Source of the DNA: Basidiobolus meristosporus CBS 931.73
Lineage: Eukaryota > Fungi > Basidiobolomycota
Direction: 5' to 3'
Assembly: GCA_002104905.1 (NCBI GenBank)
Contig: MCFE01000353.1
Span: 1 to 64,000, forward strand
Length of the DNA: 64,000 nucleotides
The notes below the pieces were generated by a model. The model made no database searches, was not told where the DNA came from, and saw only the letters and a program-made list of their open reading frames with translations. Position 1 is the first letter of the stretch; every line of letters begins with the position of its first letter. This document shows, piece by piece, positions 61,048 to 64,000 of this stretch. The position numbers and the translations under genes are program-made.

Positions 61048-62863
61048 AGACTTGTTCCGTTGTAGTGGGGTCACAGTGACACCCACAGGCAGATGTGCTC
61101 ATTCTCATACGCTCACTTCCCTAAAAAGGATTACCCCCCCTATATTAGTATCATCCCAAATTGCAATATTTTCTATTCTGTCTATGTGATTATTACTATG
61201 CAACCTGACAAACTATTTGTCACTATTATCCCATTGCACAAGCTATTCCTATTCCTTGCCAAGATGCCAAGATAAGATAGTTACCATATAAGGCAAGTAC
61301 CCCCCAACAGTGCCCATGTCATGTGACCATCTTGGTTTCATAACCTTCCTATCCTACTACCATAAGAGGCAACCACATGACACAGGGGTTTCATATTACC
61401 ACTACCTGATTGGCTAGGTGCTACTATGTCTCATGGAACAATCTGCCAAGAATTTGCGCTATTTTTAGTACACAATGACATGATTGGCTGTCTACTACCT
61501 TCTGGAAACTTCCGGAAAGTATATTCTAGCAAGAAATTGAGTAGCAAAAAGTATATAAGGGAGGCTATCCCTTAAAATAAATCATCCCTCTTCCAATATT
61601 CCAACTTATTGATTAGTGAGATCACCGCTACCTATTACCACTATTTTCTGACTCAGACCTGACAATACTCCCAGGAAACTGCGCTGACAGCCAACTGACC
61701 TTGGAGGCACTACTTGTGAGGAATACTCAGAGTAGGTATATTTTATTATATTTGCTTGTTTTCCCAAGTTTGTTCTTCTACAGGCAAAGATACTTTTCAG
61801 TCTTTGTAACTATTGGTCAAAGCTGCATTCTTATCAAGTCCCTGTTGGTGGAGTTTACAGTTGTTTTGACTTTGGAAGCTTTAGTACATAGTCATTTCAA
61901 AGGATGTCAAAGCCATTATAAACTTTTGTTAAGACGCCAACTAAGTTGGGGATTGTAGTTCAATAGTTTTCCCTTGACAAGCTTGAGGCTTTATCCCCCA
62001 TCACATTGGATTAGACAAAAGACCCAGTATTCCTAGCAGGCTTTTGCCAGAGGTTATTGCACCCAGTGAACACCCCACACACATTCACACTTGAGAAGTG
62101 TTGGCTGTATTTTGCCCTTTGGACTTATACACCACCACACCATTGGATAGTGCCACATTGAGCCATGAGTGCCAAATGATGCCATAGTGTGCCAGAGAGG
62201 CCAAGTAAGCCTCTACCTGGCCACAGAGTGTGAAACATAGCGCCACATCTTCATGCAAAGCAGCCCCTGTGTTTCACCCATTGTGTTGGAGAAAATCCAT
62301 TTTTTGACCTTTTTTTTGGATCAATGTGGTGCAGGATGAATTAGAGCACAAGCAGATTGAAGATATGCATCTGGTACTCAATACCCATGGCACTCTGAAT
62401 CTAGCTCCTGTAGCTTGTATCATGTCACAAAAATGAATGGCACTATCTTGGTCCACTTGTACTATCTTGCACTATAAGTGCTTTGTATAGATCTTACTTT
62501 AGGGCTAATAGTTAAATATAGTGCCAGATAGCACCAGTGGACCAAGATAGTGCCATTCATTTTTGTGACATGATACAAGCTACAGGAGCTAGATTCAGAG
62601 TGCCATGGGTATTGAGTACCAGATGCATATCTTCAGCCCTCCTGTGCTCTAACACACTCTGGGCTACACTGATCCACAAAAAAAGGTCAAGAAATGGATT
62701 TTCTCCTGCGCAATGGGTGAAACACAGGGGCTGCTTTACATGAAGATGCAGAGCTATGTTTCACACTCTGTGGCCAAGTATAGGCTCACTTTACCTCTCT
62801 GGCACACTATGGCATCATTTGGCACTCATTGCTCAATGTGGCACTATCCAACGGAACAAGTCT
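61048..62863. mobile_element. Foldback/TIR element of the AGACTTGTTCC family (~730 bp net)
   Basis: Ends AGACTTGTTCCGT / ACGGAACAAGTCT, flanked by ATT and AAT; long inverted arms at 62140-62476 and 62517-62853. Confidence 0.85.
61061..62139 (+). mobile_element. Solo LTR (family B) inserted 13 bp inside the left TIR of the foldback element
   Basis: TGTAGTGG...CCACCACA with 4-bp flanks CCGT / CCAT. Confidence 0.8.
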
Positions 62864-63708
62864 AATATATTTGATTGTTTTCCCAAGTATGTCCTTGTGC
62901 AGGCAAAGATACTTTTCAGTCTTTGTAACTATTGGTCAAAGCTGCATTCTTATCAAGTCCCTGTAGGTGGAGTTTACAGTTGTTTGGACTTTGGAAACTT
63001 TAGTACACTCTCATCTCAAAGGATGTCAAAGCCAGTATAAACTTTTGTTAAGACGCCAACTAAGTTGGGGATTGTAGTTCAATAGTTTTCCCTTGACAAG
63101 CTTGAGGCTTTATCCCCCTTCACATTAGATTAGACAAAAGACCCAGTATTTGTAAAAAGCTTTTGCCAGAGGTTATTGCACCCAGTGATCACCCCACACA
63201 CATTCACTCTTGAGAAGTGTTGACCATATTTTACCCTTTGGACCTATACACCACTAAGTGCAATGGGCAAAATGGGCTATTTGATGGCAAATCAGGTAGC
63301 TTACTTATTGGTCAATGAGCTAATTGGGCACTAACAGCTTGAGCATACTCTTAGACCAATCTACCATTGATATACCATCCAACTGGAGTGATAGTAGCCA
63401 AAATGGCAAGTATTAGTGTAGTTTTTAGTATGATGCGCATTTATTTCCATATATATTAAAGAAACATATCCAAATACTGGATTTTACCTGCCACAATAAT
63501 GGTATGTAATCATACATGTGATGCAAGCATTGCAAGTTGGTGCAATCAACCAGGCCAACTTCAATGTGTTAGATTGTGCCATGGTGAGCAAGATTATGCT
63601 ATATAGTGTAAAATTTTCAAAGAGCAATCCTGCCTACTGGTAGCTACAATATCATGCCCCATTTTACTTTGTAATCACAGATTGCACTACACACCCTGGC
63701 ATGGTACA

Positions 63709-63721
63709 ATGGAACAAGTCT
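63709..63721. repeat. Orphan right TIR of the AGACTTGTTCC family
   Basis: ATGGAACAAGTCT, identical to the MITE right end; no partner TIR located by eye. Confidence 0.6.
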
Positions 63722-64000
63722 ACCTAGCAGATAACCAAGTGAAATATTATTTGGGCAAAAGGTGAATATAAAGTTAATTTGATCAAGATCTCCTTTATCA
63801 AGTAGTTGCTTATAAGCGCAATTTATCAGCAATCAAAGTGCAAGGCAGAGCCTTGCTTTCATTTGGAGAAAGATTAAGTGAAAGGTTAAATTTGCTGCCG
63901 CTGGTGCTGCTTCTCATAGGCTTTTGCCTGCTAGTTTAGTTAGAAGCAATAGCTATGTGAGAGGGAATGGTAGAGTGTGAGGGGCCAACCAGTTTAGCAC

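Larger units (their letters stand above)
60364..63257 (+). mobile_element. Solo LTR (family B, ~1.08 kb) split by a foldback element
   Basis: Halves 60364-61047 and 62867-63257 together match 61061-62139; starts TGTAGTGG and ends CCACTAA; CCAAT-like and TATA-like motifs inside; no clean TSD. Confidence 0.75.

Overview
Eukaryotic DNA, most consistent with an early-diverging fungus (short GT-AG introns, fungal-type housekeeping proteins, TTAGGG-type telomere repeat); the species cannot be fixed from sequence alone. The window has three zones. (1) 1-5.7 kb: transposon-derived left end. Its most striking feature is a head-to-tail chain of an RT-only non-LTR module, a Gag/ORF1-like-only module and a tRNA-derived SINE. 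All three end in the same 3' signature (TGGCTTCTTT..AATAAAGATTTCACC-N4-GGTGA..C6) and the chain abuts (CCCTAA)5, which is fused to a broken Ty1/copia element; that copia itself sits inside a diverged sister of the RT element. (2) 6-51.6 kb: gene island. It begins with accessory genes (8-exon GST absent from the ORF track, intronless GH18, spliced PKS-ACP relic), continues with core genes (PDE, FAB1, 4-TM ion-transport-like protein, GSK3, SUP45/eRF1, kinesin-1-like, TOM40, RPT3, GAB1/PIG-U, RPL42), and ends with small secreted/membrane orphans. (3) 51.8-64 kb: nested, decayed copia elements, solo LTRs, and an AGACTTGTTCC-TIR MITE/foldback family. Multi-exon genes were assembled by hand and are given as start-to-stop spans.
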